Shown here: positions 37,132 through 47,056 of the stretch, piece by piece
How positions within the stretch are numbered: position 1 is the first letter of the stretch
How the letters are laid out: every line of letters starts with the position of its first letter
Virus record (IMG/VR): IMGVR_UViG_3300032288_001948
Span: 1-62,377 of that record
DNA length: 62,377 nucleotides
DNA from: a virus
Lineage: Duplodnaviria > Caudoviricetes
Reading direction: 5' to 3' (one strand)
Position numbers and translations under genes: made by a program
Notes under the pieces: model-generated
What the model was told of the DNA's origin: nothing
Database searches by the model: none
What the model saw: only the letters and a program-made list of their open reading frames with translations

Positions 37132-37433
37132 TGCAGAAATTCGTTCGTGGAAACGAGATCGTTTGCTCCGGCACCTTTACCCCGGTTACCGGGACGACGC
37201 AGCCGTCGAGCGCCGAAGCGATTCTGGTCTATACCGACCCGGCTGGTGACCCGGCGACCTCGACAATCTCCCTGTCCAAAGACGCCAACAATGTCTGGTC
37301 AGGCGTCTGGGATTCCAATCTTGCCGGCGCCGGTACTGTCGAGTGGGTAATCCGTTGCTGCACTGGGCTTCAAGCGGCGGCGCAAGGGACATTCCTGATT
37401 CTGGCGAATGCTGCAAATACCGGGAGCTGTTAA
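37128..37433 (+). CDS. Small beta-rich structural protein
   Basis: Operon packing; YTDPAG, W.GVWDS. Confidence 0.6.
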   Translation: MMQKFVRGNEIVCSGTFTPVTGTTQPSSAEAILVYTDPAGDPATSTISLSKDANNVWSGVWDSNLAGAGTVEWVIRCCTGLQAAAQGTFLILANAANTGSC

Positions 37434-37687
37434 TGCCTGAGACGATCTCTTTTATCGAGGACGGCAATCAAGCCAACCCGGTTAGCGACATCAACCCGTT
37501 GCCGGTCTATCAGACGTCTGGTCTGAGCCTGCCGGTGCATGACTATATCAGCTGCACCTATTCCGGCAGCAACCTGACCGGTGTGACGTACAAATCGGGC
37601 GGAGCAAGCGGCACAGTAGTGGCCACCCTTGCACTCACCTACGACGGTGCAAGCAATCTGCTTACAGTCACCAAAACGGTGCCGTGA
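37433..37687 (+). CDS. Small structural protein
   Basis: NPLPV..DYISCTY..GGASGTVVATL.LTYD. Confidence 0.7.
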   Translation: MPETISFIEDGNQANPVSDINPLPVYQTSGLSLPVHDYISCTYSGSNLTGVTYKSGGASGTVVATLALTYDGASNLLTVTKTVP

Positions 37688-38232
37688 TGACGTATGTCTT
37701 TAACCCCTTCACTCAAGAGCTGGATTTTGTCGGCCCGAATGCCGGGCTGATCAATTTCCGCGGCAGCTTCTCCGACTCCAACACGCAGCTCGTTCAGTCT
37801 ACGACTGCCGGGCAGGCGATCACGCTGGATACTGTCGAGGTCACAGATGGTGTGACGTTGAGCAATGGGTCACGAATCGTCCTACCTATTGTGGGCGACT
37901 ATCTGCTGACATTCAGCGCCATGCTGGTCACGAACAGCAACCAACCGCAGTCGGTCGACATCTGGCTGCGAAAGAATGGTACAGGCGCGGAGGCCCGCTC
38001 CAGCACCCATATGCACGTCGCAAAAAATAATACGAACGTCATGACCGTATCGTTCATCATCACGGCGACTGCCCAAAATGATTATTTTCAGTTGATGATG
38101 TGCGCGTCCAGCGCCATCGACACTGCCGGTGTGGCGGATACCGGAATCGCTGCGGTCGCAGGATCGGCAGCCAATCCCCTCCGCCCGGCGGCGCCGAGCA
38201 TCCTTGTAACTGTCAACAAGATCACAACTTGA
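37684..38232 (+). CDS. C1q/BclA-like beta-domain structural protein
   Basis: YVFNPFT start; GDYLLTFS..VDIWLRKNG..NDYFQLM. Confidence 0.6.
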   Translation: MMTYVFNPFTQELDFVGPNAGLINFRGSFSDSNTQLVQSTTAGQAITLDTVEVTDGVTLSNGSRIVLPIVGDYLLTFSAMLVTNSNQPQSVDIWLRKNGTGAEARSSTHMHVAKNNTNVMTVSFIITATAQNDYFQLMMCASSAIDTAGVADTGIAAVAGSAANPLRPAAPSILVTVNKITT

Positions 38233-38240
38233 GGCCCGAT

Positions 38241-38639
38241 ATGGCTAAGTTTAAACTAGGGGCGCACTCGGAAATGCTGTTGCGCGGCGTCCACCCCGAT
38301 CTGGTGAAGGTCGTCCGTCGCGCGATTCAGATCGCGACGAAGCATGATTTTAAGGTGCTGGAAGGCGTCCGTTCTGTCGCGCGTCAGCGCGAGCTGGTCA
38401 AATCCGGTGCGTCACAGACCATGAAGTCTCGGCATATTCACGGTTTTGCGGTGGACATCGCCCCGTTTGTCGCCGGTCAGGTCCGCTGGGATTGGCCGCT
38501 GTATCACGAGCTGGCCGTTGTCATGAAGCAGGCCGCAAAGGATGTCGGTGTTCCGATCGAGTGGGGCGGCGACTGGAAATCGTTCAAGGACGGCCCGCAC
38601 TGGCAGTTGCCGGCGCGCAAATACCCGGACCCAAAATAA
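38241..38639 (+). CDS. Endolysin, M15-family (L-Ala-D-Glu) peptidase
   Basis: LRGVHPDL, EGVRS..RQ, SRHIHGFAVD, WGGDW..DGPHWQL. Confidence 0.9.
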   Translation: MAKFKLGAHSEMLLRGVHPDLVKVVRRAIQIATKHDFKVLEGVRSVARQRELVKSGASQTMKSRHIHGFAVDIAPFVAGQVRWDWPLYHELAVVMKQAAKDVGVPIEWGGDWKSFKDGPHWQLPARKYPDPK

Positions 38640-38779
38640 TGGACCCGCGGTGGGAGCAAATCATGCAGATGGTGATGCTCATCTCCGCTGCCGGAATCGC
38701 CGCGTTGGCCTGCCAGTTTGGCTTCAAAATGGGCCAAGCTCTCTATCGGGAGATGTACATATGTGGCGGATTGTGCTGA
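38639..38779 (+). CDS. Small membrane protein
   Basis: TAATG coupling; one hydrophobic helix. Confidence 0.5.
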   Translation: MDPRWEQIMQMVMLISAAGIAALACQFGFKMGQALYREMYICGGLC

Positions 38780-38868
38780 TAGTTCTGGCGTTCGCACTGG
38801 CCAGCTGTGAGTCGGCCAAGTATTATGAGTGTCTCGCAAGAGACTCGACATCTAACCCGTGCAACTAG
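38761..38868 (+). CDS. 35-aa lipoprotein
   Basis: GGAG RBS; MWRIVLIVLAFALASC signal peptide and lipobox. Confidence 0.6.
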   Translation: MWRIVLIVLAFALASCESAKYYECLARDSTSNPCN

Positions 38869-38877
38869 GAGGTGAAC

Positions 38878-39060
38878 ATGGACTCTATTCTCATGAACTG
38901 GAAGACCTCGATCCCCGGAATTCTTGCGCTGGCTGCGGTCATTTGGAACTCGTGGCAGACCAAGACGATCAATGTCGACGATGTCATCGGTGCTCTGGTC
39001 GCGATTGGTCTGGTGCAGGCAAAAGACTGGAACGTCACCGGCGGCGATAAGCACCAGTGA
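38878..39060 (+). CDS. Putative holin
   Basis: NWKTS, two TM helices, AKD ending; within the lysis cassette. Confidence 0.6.
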   Translation: MDSILMNWKTSIPGILALAAVIWNSWQTKTINVDDVIGALVAIGLVQAKDWNVTGGDKHQ

Positions 39061-39260
39061 TGGGCTGGCTACTTCTTGGCGGCCTTCTGGTCGCGCTTGG
39101 CTGGACCGTGATCAGTCTGATTCGATCACTTGAACAAGAACGAATCGCTGCTCAACAACTGCGCAAGGAAGCCGAGATCAAGGAAAAGCAAACCTCCGTG
39201 ATCTTGGAACCGAGGACCACCGACGATGCGATTGATCGTCTTGATTCTGGGACTTTTTAG
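39057..39260 (+). CDS. Putative i-spanin (Rz-like)
   Basis: N-terminal TM plus coiled coil, ends RLDSGTF. Confidence 0.6.
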   Translation: MMGWLLLGGLLVALGWTVISLIRSLEQERIAAQQLRKEAEIKEKQTSVILEPRTTDDAIDRLDSGTF

Positions 39261-39426
39261 TCTCACCGCGTGTCAGTCTACGGGGGGCGGGTGTCCGCCC
39301 CTCAATTCGTATAGTGCGCTACAGCAACGACAGGCGGCAGCAGAGCTGCGCAAAATGCCCAAGTCGCAGGTGGCGCAAATGATTGTGGACTATGGTAAAC
39401 TGCGTGACGCCTGCCGGATCAGATAG
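39226..39426 (+). CDS. Putative o-spanin lipoprotein (Rz1-like)
   Basis: LTAC lipobox, CPPL..Y, overlaps the i-spanin. Confidence 0.65.
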   Translation: MRLIVLILGLFSLTACQSTGGGCPPLNSYSALQQRQAAAELRKMPKSQVAQMIVDYGKLRDACRIR

Positions 39427-39437
39427 AGGCTGAGATT

Positions 39438-39740
39438 ATGGATAACGGTAACCCGACACTCTGGGAAATGGTGAAGGACTTCTTTGTCCCAGTTGGCGGC
39501 CCTGCCGTTGGCGGCCTCCTCGGTTATCTGGCGGCCCGCCAGAAGAACCAGATTTTGGACGATCACCTCGACGCCAAGGGCGACGCCATTCAGCTGGATG
39601 CCATAACGCGTCATTTTGAAGCACTGATCGACGGGTATGAGAAACGAATCAACGACTTAACCAGTGAAGTCCACCAGCTAAGAGATGAAGTAAAGAAGCT
39701 GCGCCAAGCGCTCGACGCGCGGTCAAGGGCGGGACTCTAA
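39438..39740 (+). CDS. Membrane-anchored coiled-coil protein (holin/antiholin-like)
   Basis: Hydrophobic N-terminal part then heptad repeats. Confidence 0.55.
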   Translation: MDNGNPTLWEMVKDFFVPVGGPAVGGLLGYLAARQKNQILDDHLDAKGDAIQLDAITRHFEALIDGYEKRINDLTSEVHQLRDEVKKLRQALDARSRAGL

Positions 39741-39741
39741 G

Positions 39742-40797
39742 ATGGCCGATCCTCAAGACCCACAGAATCCCGGCGACTCCATCACCTTTGCCAACTGGGA
39801 AGGTCTGCGGAATACTGTCACCCGTGAGCGGTTGAAGCCCACGGAGCTGGAGCGTGCGGTCAATATCGACATTGATGATGCTGGCCAAATTCATCGTCGT
39901 CGCGGCTATACTAAAGTCGCGGATGGAAACTACCATAGCATCTATTCCGATCAGTCCGGGCGTATGTTCGGGGTTAAGGACGGCGCGTTCGGCCTGCTAT
40001 ATCCTGATTATACTTTTGAGACACTTCTGCCGGGCGTGGGTCCGGATGATCTCGATTACGCTCGGGTAGGCGACGATCTGTATTTCTCGTCGGCGACGGC
40101 ATCCGGTGTAGTTGGGATTAACAATATCGTCTCCCAGTGGGGTGCCGAGGTGGCGCCGAATCAGTGGCTATCCCCGGTCGTTGTGCCCACCGAGACGCTC
40201 CCGCCGACGCGCGGCAAGTTCATTTCGGCGCCGCCGATGGCGACTGCGCTGACGTACTGGAACGGCCGTATCTATATGGCGAACAAGCATACCGTCTGGG
40301 CGACGGAACTGTATCTGTACAATTACGTCGATAAAACAAAGAACTTCCTCCAGTTCGAGTCCGAGGTCACCATGCTGGCGACCGTCACGGATGGGCTGTA
40401 TGTCGGCACGACCGAGTCGGTTTGGTTCTTGTCCGGACCGTTCAACGAGATGAAGCGCATCCCGATCATGAATTACGGGGTGATGCCCCGGTCATCGGTT
40501 GAGGTGCCGGCGGAGTTAATCAAACCGCAGATCAGTCAAGACCCCCAGTCGCCGATCAGGAACGCAGTTTTGTTCTTAACGAAAACAGGACTCTGTGCGG
40601 GATTCGACGGCGGAATCATTTACAATTTGACGCAGGCCGAGGTATTATTCCCCGACGCGATTGCGGCGGCCCCAATGTTCCGGCGTCAAGACGGTGTCAA
40701 TAGCTATGTGGTCACGACCAATAGCGGTGGCACCCCGTCCGCAAACACGCGGATCGGGGATTATGTAGACGCCGAAATCAGGAGATTTCAAGGGTGA
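39742..40797 (+). CDS. Virion structural protein (tail, beta-propeller-like)
   Basis: AVNIDIDDAGQIHRRRGY, GRIYMA, VTDGLYVGT. Confidence 0.7.
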   Translation: MADPQDPQNPGDSITFANWEGLRNTVTRERLKPTELERAVNIDIDDAGQIHRRRGYTKVADGNYHSIYSDQSGRMFGVKDGAFGLLYPDYTFETLLPGVGPDDLDYARVGDDLYFSSATASGVVGINNIVSQWGAEVAPNQWLSPVVVPTETLPPTRGKFISAPPMATALTYWNGRIYMANKHTVWATELYLYNYVDKTKNFLQFESEVTMLATVTDGLYVGTTESVWFLSGPFNEMKRIPIMNYGVMPRSSVEVPAELIKPQISQDPQSPIRNAVLFLTKTGLCAGFDGGIIYNLTQAEVLFPDAIAAAPMFRRQDGVNSYVVTTNSGGTPSANTRIGDYVDAEIRRFQG

Positions 40798-41288
40798 TTA
40801 CGCAGGCTGAGCTTAAAGAGATGCTCGACTATGACCCTTCCACTGGTGCGTTTGTGTGGATGACCAGTCATGCGCGGAAATCTGAAAACCCTTCGTTAGC
40901 CGGTTACATTCATCGAAAAGACGGCTATAGGTATATTCGTATCGTCGGACGGTCATATGCAGCGCATCGTTTAGCCCATTTGTACATGCGTGGTGTCTGG
41001 CCGACTGCACAGGTTGACCACATCAATCTGCTGCGGGACGACAATCGGTGGTGTAATCTGCGGCTGGCTACGTGCTCTCAGAATCACGGAAACCAGCGTA
41101 GGTATCGCAACAATACTGTCGGGCTCAAGGGGGTGTCATGGCGGGAAGATGTTCATCGCTGGAAAGCGAAGGGCATGGTCCGTGGACAAACCAAATATCT
41201 CGGCTACTTCGATTGTCCGGCGGCGGCACATCTCGCCTACGTCGTTTGGGCAGATACATCTTTCGGCGAGTACGCGCGAGCAAACTAA
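40794..41288 (+). CDS. HNH homing endonuclease with AP2-like C-terminus
   Basis: LDYDPSTG, AHRLA.LY, VDHINLLRDDNRWCNLR, YLGYF; paralog of 22802-23311. Confidence 0.9.
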   Translation: MITQAELKEMLDYDPSTGAFVWMTSHARKSENPSLAGYIHRKDGYRYIRIVGRSYAAHRLAHLYMRGVWPTAQVDHINLLRDDNRWCNLRLATCSQNHGNQRRYRNNTVGLKGVSWREDVHRWKAKGMVRGQTKYLGYFDCPAAAHLAYVVWADTSFGEYARAN

Positions 41289-41298
41289 GGAGATTGGT

Positions 41299-41832
41299 AT
41301 GGAATACCAGAAGACTGAGGCCGGCCTTTTGGTGCCAGCCAATAAGATTGAGGTGTCCGGTAAGTATAACGGCCAGATCATTCGTGACGGCAAGGTGATT
41401 GAGGAGTTCGAAGACCCCAATCTGGTCGTCAATGAAGGTCTGAACTCGCTGCTGAATATCTATTTCGCGGCGGCCACTCAGATCACAACGTGGTATGTCG
41501 GCGTCTTTGAAGGCAACTACACCCCGGTGGCGACGGTTACAGCGGCGACGATTACTTCCGCTTCGACCGAATCCACGGCGTATGCCTCGTTGACGCGCCC
41601 GGAATATACTGAGGCGGCGGCTTCCAGCCAGAGCATCACGAACAGCGCCAATCGCGCCAGCTTCGTATTCAACGCGACCAAGACGATTTACGGCGCCTTC
41701 CTCGTGTCGGCCTCGGCTAAGTCGGCCACGACTGGTACGCTGTTCTCGGCGGCTCGCTTCTCATCGTCCAAGAATGTCGAGTCTGGTGACGAGTTGCTGC
41801 TGACCTACACGTTCACGGCTTCGTCGAGCTGA
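41299..41832 (+). CDS. Virion structural (tail) protein
   Basis: NLVVNEGLN..WYVGVFEGNY..TIYGAFL..GTLFSAARF. Confidence 0.75.
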   Translation: MEYQKTEAGLLVPANKIEVSGKYNGQIIRDGKVIEEFEDPNLVVNEGLNSLLNIYFAAATQITTWYVGVFEGNYTPVATVTAATITSASTESTAYASLTRPEYTEAAASSQSITNSANRASFVFNATKTIYGAFLVSASAKSATTGTLFSAARFSSSKNVESGDELLLTYTFTASSS

Positions 41833-41836
41833 TGGC

Positions 41837-41864
41837 AGGGGGCTTCGGCCCCCTCCTCTCTTTT
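41837..41864 (+). terminator. Rho-independent terminator with C(UUCG)G loop
   Basis: AGGGGGC-TTCG-GCCCCCT then pyrimidine/T tract. Confidence 0.7.
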
Positions 41865-41881
41865 GCTGCCGGGGGATTAAG

Positions 41882-42907
41882 ATGACGCTTTTATTTGTTG
41901 ATGGCTTCGATCACTACGGGACATCTGACCTATCAAAAAAGTGGGTAAATGTCGGGGGCAGTGAACAGATTGCATCGACATCTGGTCGTCGAGGCGGTGG
42001 CGCGTTATACGCAGCCAGCTACGGTCAAAGCATAGATAAAGTGATCACATCTAGCGGGACTGTAATCATCGGAGTCGCATTTAAGAGTGCGACTTTTAAC
42101 ACAGGTTACCCTGCGCTGTTTACACTGAAAGAAAGTGCGACTGTACACCTGACCGTTATGTATAACGCTGCTTCCAAAATTGAAATTCGTCGCGGTAACA
42201 CTGGCGGGACGCTTCTGGCGACCAGCACATCGGCCTACACATTGTCAGCGTGGAATTATTTCGAGCTTAAAGCAAAGATTGACTCGACAACAGGTACGAC
42301 TGAGGTCCGCATCAACGGTGTTGTAGATAGTGGGCTGACACTGACCGGCGCGAATACTCGCAATGGCGGCACATCCGGAGTAATTAGCACGGTCCAACTC
42401 GGGCAATCAGGTGGTGCTGGCGCTTGGGCGTATTATGACGATCTTTATGTGTGCAATAACTCGGGTTCGACGAACAATGATTTTCTCGGGGATTGTCGAG
42501 TCGATACGATTCTGCCTACAGGCGACGGAAACTACACACAATTCACGCCAAGCACCGGCACTGCTCACTGGTCATTGGTAGACGAGAACCCCCCGAATAC
42601 GACGGATTATGTATCGAGCGCCACTTCCGGTGACCGCGACAGTTATACATTTCCCGATCTTTCGGGCCTGTCGTCGCAGACCATCTACGGCATTCAGATT
42701 AATGCGGCGGCGCTTAAATCCGATGCTGGTGCGCGTAGTCTTGGCACCATGTCACGGCTGGGCGGAACCGATAAGGATGGCGCCGGCGCGGCCATGAGCA
42801 CTAGTCAGTTATATATCTCCGAGATTCAGGAAACCGACCCGGCAAGTGCGGCGTGGACCGAATCGAATGTTAACGCGGCCGAGTTCGGCGTGAAGGTCAC
42901 GGCATAA
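41882..42907 (+). CDS. Virion protein, lectin/ConA-like beta-sandwich
   Basis: LLFVDGFDHY, WNYFELK, YYDDLYV, WTESNVNAAEFG. Confidence 0.7.
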   Translation: MTLLFVDGFDHYGTSDLSKKWVNVGGSEQIASTSGRRGGGALYAASYGQSIDKVITSSGTVIIGVAFKSATFNTGYPALFTLKESATVHLTVMYNAASKIEIRRGNTGGTLLATSTSAYTLSAWNYFELKAKIDSTTGTTEVRINGVVDSGLTLTGANTRNGGTSGVISTVQLGQSGGAGAWAYYDDLYVCNNSGSTNNDFLGDCRVDTILPTGDGNYTQFTPSTGTAHWSLVDENPPNTTDYVSSATSGDRDSYTFPDLSGLSSQTIYGIQINAAALKSDAGARSLGTMSRLGGTDKDGAGAAMSTSQLYISEIQETDPASAAWTESNVNAAEFGVKVTA

Positions 42908-45255
42908 TGACTGACGCACGAGTATCTCAGGTTGCCGTCGAGGTTATCCGTACGAACCTCGCGGTCGCCGCGCAGGTGTCACAGCTTGCGGTTGAGGTGC
43001 TTCGACCAAACGTGCCCAAGGGTATCTCTGCTGCGACAGGCACGTTCACACTGACCGGCGTTGCTTCAACCGGGCGGTACACTCGCATTGTCGTCGGCGC
43101 CACAGGCGCATTCACGTTAACCGGGGTGGCGGCGTCATTCTCGCGAAACTATCGTCTGGCTGGCGCAGTCGGCGCAATTACCCTTGTTGGAAACGCCGCG
43201 ACATTTATCCGCCCAAATAGTCTGACTGCTGACCGGGGCGTGTTCACACTCACGGGGCGAAGCGCCGCGCTGAAGCGCCATTTGCGCGTGGGCGGAGCCA
43301 AGGGCACATATACTTGGACCGGTATCGCCGCCGTTCTACAGGCGCCCCCAAAGAGTATCGCAGCTTCGACCGGAGCATATGTCACGACCGGTAAAGCTGC
43401 GATCTTTAGTCGCCCTCAGAATATCATCGACCCGGCAACTGGTAATATTCTGCTGCGCAACCTGCGTGCACGGACATCCAGCCACGCAGACGCGGATACA
43501 GCTTATAACGCGTGGGCCGCCACGCTCGGCGTCGACGCAACGGGTACGGATTACACGGTTAGTGGGTCTTATACGTCAACGGATTTCGTAGTGCTCAACG
43601 CTCCGCCAATAGACTACGGCGCATATGCCGGCGCTGATATTGCGCACGGCGGCGCGGTCGCGTTTTATCTTACTGACCCGGCTGTGACGACAGGCAATTA
43701 TACGACTTACGCGTATGGGTCCGTGACTCTCGGGTATATTAACGTGCCATCTGCGAGGCCGGTGTTTATTCTTGGCGCGCGGAATAACTTGGTTACCGGG
43801 TATTACCAGAACTATTCTCTCAAGTTGCGTAAAGCGCTTAATCCTCTGACCGATGCTCAAGAAACCATCGTCATCTTTACGCGATCTCAGTCGAGCGATC
43901 AGGCGTACCCGATCCGTTGCGCATTCCGATTTTGTGCCGGATACTTTGAGGCGGTATTCACTGCCAATCCCGCGAATATACCCTCGGGCGGGTATGACCG
44001 TGTGTCATATATTGTTGCGAACGAATCCACCGACATAGCGACATCCGGCATGGATATTGTTCCTGATTTCTCTGGTACTGTGCAGATCATCTCGGACGAT
44101 CTATCCGCATTACGCCCTTATGTAGATGATGCGCTCGCATGGGGTGATTCATCGGCGGCCAAGTATCTGACATATCCAGTGCAGGCAGACACGGTATTTC
44201 CACGAGATCACGCGCGAGGAGATTACGCGCTCCTGCTGACACAGAACACCGTCCTCGGCGCCGCGACCACATATGTGTTTAAGCCCGGCGCGCTGGTGCG
44301 CGAAGTCGTCACACTGGCTGACGTGCAGACACCCTCGTGGCGATTCGCTGGTATCCTGACAGACCGGCCGTTGATTGCAGATGCAATTGCCACTGCATAC
44401 CCCGTGTCGGTGGCCGATACGGCGACGATCTTAGACGCAGCCGCGGTAGTACGCGGCATACTTGTACTTGAGGCGCTGCGGATTATTGACCCGACAACCA
44501 CGGCGGCGTCGTTCTATGTCGAGCTGGCGGACATGCTTGCTACGGCTGACGATTTGCGGCGGTTCCTTGGCGGCAGTCTTGCTGATACGTTTACCACCGG
44601 TGACGCAACCGCGTATGCGCCGATTCTAGGCAAGGTGATCACCGACTCGATCGCACTGTCTGATATCGCGGCCGGTAAACTGATATTCCGCATCACGGCG
44701 GACGAGACGTTTGCCTTGGACGACGCGACTGCCCTGAAGGCGATCTTCCGCCCAGTGGTTACGGATGGCGTTGAGATTGCGGCGGGCTATCTTGAGCCTA
44801 ACGGGGCATTTACGACATGGGCAATCAACACCCGTACCGGCGCCGTGACCGAGTACCAGAACTATTCGTTCAACAGCTTCTGTCAAAACGGCCATAAGTA
44901 TCTCGGCGCATCTGCGTCCGGGCTGTACGAACTGGACGGTGACGATGACGCCGGGAGCGATATTATCGCTCAGATCAAGAGTGGGTTCGCCCAGTTCGGT
45001 GGATCGAAGTACTCGTCGTTCAAGGCGGCATATCTCGGTATGCGCGGCAACGGTGACATTATCCTGAAGCTGGAGACGGGCGACAACAAGTCCTACACGT
45101 ATCAGACCGTGATACAGGATATGCAGTCCACCAAGGTTCGGCTGGGCAAGGGGCTACGCGCCCGTTATTTCTCATTTGAGCTGATCAGCACCGGCCCAGA
45201 TTTCGATCTGGATACCGTCGAGTTCATTCCGCTCGTGGCGCAGCGTCGTGTCTAG
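42907..45255 (+). CDS. Tail structural protein with N-terminal FTLTG repeats
   Basis: 782 aa; C-terminal WAINTRTGAVTEY..RLGKGLRARYFSFEL. Confidence 0.75.
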   Translation: MTDARVSQVAVEVIRTNLAVAAQVSQLAVEVLRPNVPKGISAATGTFTLTGVASTGRYTRIVVGATGAFTLTGVAASFSRNYRLAGAVGAITLVGNAATFIRPNSLTADRGVFTLTGRSAALKRHLRVGGAKGTYTWTGIAAVLQAPPKSIAASTGAYVTTGKAAIFSRPQNIIDPATGNILLRNLRARTSSHADADTAYNAWAATLGVDATGTDYTVSGSYTSTDFVVLNAPPIDYGAYAGADIAHGGAVAFYLTDPAVTTGNYTTYAYGSVTLGYINVPSARPVFILGARNNLVTGYYQNYSLKLRKALNPLTDAQETIVIFTRSQSSDQAYPIRCAFRFCAGYFEAVFTANPANIPSGGYDRVSYIVANESTDIATSGMDIVPDFSGTVQIISDDLSALRPYVDDALAWGDSSAAKYLTYPVQADTVFPRDHARGDYALLLTQNTVLGAATTYVFKPGALVREVVTLADVQTPSWRFAGILTDRPLIADAIATAYPVSVADTATILDAAAVVRGILVLEALRIIDPTTTAASFYVELADMLATADDLRRFLGGSLADTFTTGDATAYAPILGKVITDSIALSDIAAGKLIFRITADETFALDDATALKAIFRPVVTDGVEIAAGYLEPNGAFTTWAINTRTGAVTEYQNYSFNSFCQNGHKYLGASASGLYELDGDDDAGSDIIAQIKSGFAQFGGSKYSSFKAAYLGMRGNGDIILKLETGDNKSYTYQTVIQDMQSTKVRLGKGLRARYFSFELISTGPDFDLDTVEFIPLVAQRRV

Positions 45256-47014
45256 GTTCAAATTTGAGCTACCTGCGATCAAGGGAACTGAACTCTGGCC
45301 CAAGCAGATTCAGGCGCCGGCTAACGTGCGCATTGGTTTTGAGTTCCCGGCACGATTCGCATCGGCCAGCAAATCGTACCTCGAAAATCTTGCGCAACGC
45401 CTGATGGATCAGCGAGCAGGTACGATCAGCCATTATATACAGGCTCAGCGCAGAAATTATCACCTCGGCGTCACTGAAGTCGCGGCCACGCATCGTGAGA
45501 TCGACGGGCTGTTTATGGCGTACAATAATATTCAGGGCGTGCATGAGACGGTTGATCTGAAGTTCACAGTCTCCGAGGAACAGCTGCAACAACTAGAGAA
45601 AAAGTCTGAGTTCCAGAATAAGCTGCACGAACATAACGTTGACACGTTAATGTGTGTTGTGTTTCATTCCGGCAATCAAATCTCGTACACCCCTATGTCT
45701 TCACTTGGACGCACGGGTGGCGTTGCGCAAAACAGGAAATTAAAACAAAGTCGTTGGGGGGGCGAAATTATCAAAGCCTGTCAGATGCGCCTCAATAAAT
45801 ATTTCAGTATCATTCAGTCGGGGCTCGCAGATCTCACACGTGGTACAGTATCTCGAGGTGATAAGTTTGCTATCACAACATCACTATTAGCAGATGAAGT
45901 TACAGTAAGTTCAGACGTGCGGACTGAATATCCTATTATGAGCGGTAAAGAGTACACAGCATACGCGTCAAATGCTACGGTGGTATTTTCAAAAATTGGT
46001 GCGATTAAAGCTGCGGTCTTTTTACCGGATAGTTCGGAGTTACCTCAGTATGGGGCCTCTCGGGCATTTTTTATCGCAGAAAATGGTGATCGGTATTCTG
46101 CTTTTGCGGCGTTTTCGGGTGGCTCTATTGAAGTAGATATAAATTTTGATTTAACGGGTGGAGGAGCTGGGGTCGGTGAAGAGAATAATCCATATAGTAT
46201 AAGACCGGCCGCAACCGATTTTAGAAGCTGGCGCTGGTATAAAAATGGTGAACGCGTGTCTGACGACTACTACTATAAACTAAATCTTTGGGAGACTGGT
46301 GACCCGGAAGCCGGACCGACAGGGCTCGTCAGTTACGTCTCGGGCGTTGAGGCGGTTCAGACCAATTATCCCGCGATTACACTAGAAGCATCTGGGGGTA
46401 TTACCCCTGTAGATAAGATATCCCCCATTACATTTAATTATCAATTTACTGGTAGTATCGCGTCAGAAACCCATGCTTTGCTATCTGCGTTTACTTGGAC
46501 CGTTTTAAACGAAAAATACGCGAATTATACCTTCGGGCCAATCTCGGGTGACTACGCTTCGAAACTTACCGGGCCTCCCCTTGGCGGAAATACTACCATG
46601 GTGATTGAGCCAAACTACCAGACATATGTGTCGTATATCGCGTTCCCCTATCCTCGGAACAGTACGCGCCTATGGATGATGTACAAAAAAATACCTTATA
46701 TTAGAGACCCCGAACTCTGGAGCGTTAATCAACAGGTTTGGTACATAAAAGACGAACCACCTACCGGGGACCTATATACTCCTTATGGGGTGATATCTGG
46801 GAAGACTTGGAAAGTCGACGAATCTGCCGGAGCATTCAGTGGATGGCTACAAATATCAAACGGCAAGCATATGATCCAAGCTTTTATGTATGCCGGTGAG
46901 CGGTATATGTATCTTAACAATAATCGTGTCTCGTCAGTGCTCGGCGTCTCACTTGACGCCATTCAGGCCGTACTTTTCGACATCCCATTGAAAAAACTTA
47001 ATGAGTTTAAATAG
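45248..47014 (+). CDS. Hypothetical virion-region protein, low GC
   Basis: 588-aa ORF with AT-rich codon usage. Confidence 0.75.
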   Translation: MSRFKFELPAIKGTELWPKQIQAPANVRIGFEFPARFASASKSYLENLAQRLMDQRAGTISHYIQAQRRNYHLGVTEVAATHREIDGLFMAYNNIQGVHETVDLKFTVSEEQLQQLEKKSEFQNKLHEHNVDTLMCVVFHSGNQISYTPMSSLGRTGGVAQNRKLKQSRWGGEIIKACQMRLNKYFSIIQSGLADLTRGTVSRGDKFAITTSLLADEVTVSSDVRTEYPIMSGKEYTAYASNATVVFSKIGAIKAAVFLPDSSELPQYGASRAFFIAENGDRYSAFAAFSGGSIEVDINFDLTGGGAGVGEENNPYSIRPAATDFRSWRWYKNGERVSDDYYYKLNLWETGDPEAGPTGLVSYVSGVEAVQTNYPAITLEASGGITPVDKISPITFNYQFTGSIASETHALLSAFTWTVLNEKYANYTFGPISGDYASKLTGPPLGGNTTMVIEPNYQTYVSYIAFPYPRNSTRLWMMYKKIPYIRDPELWSVNQQVWYIKDEPPTGDLYTPYGVISGKTWKVDESAGAFSGWLQISNGKHMIQAFMYAGERYMYLNNNRVSSVLGVSLDAIQAVLFDIPLKKLNEFK

Positions 47015-47056
47015 CCGCAGAATCTGGTATTCTGGCGCCATATGAGGAGCTAAGCC

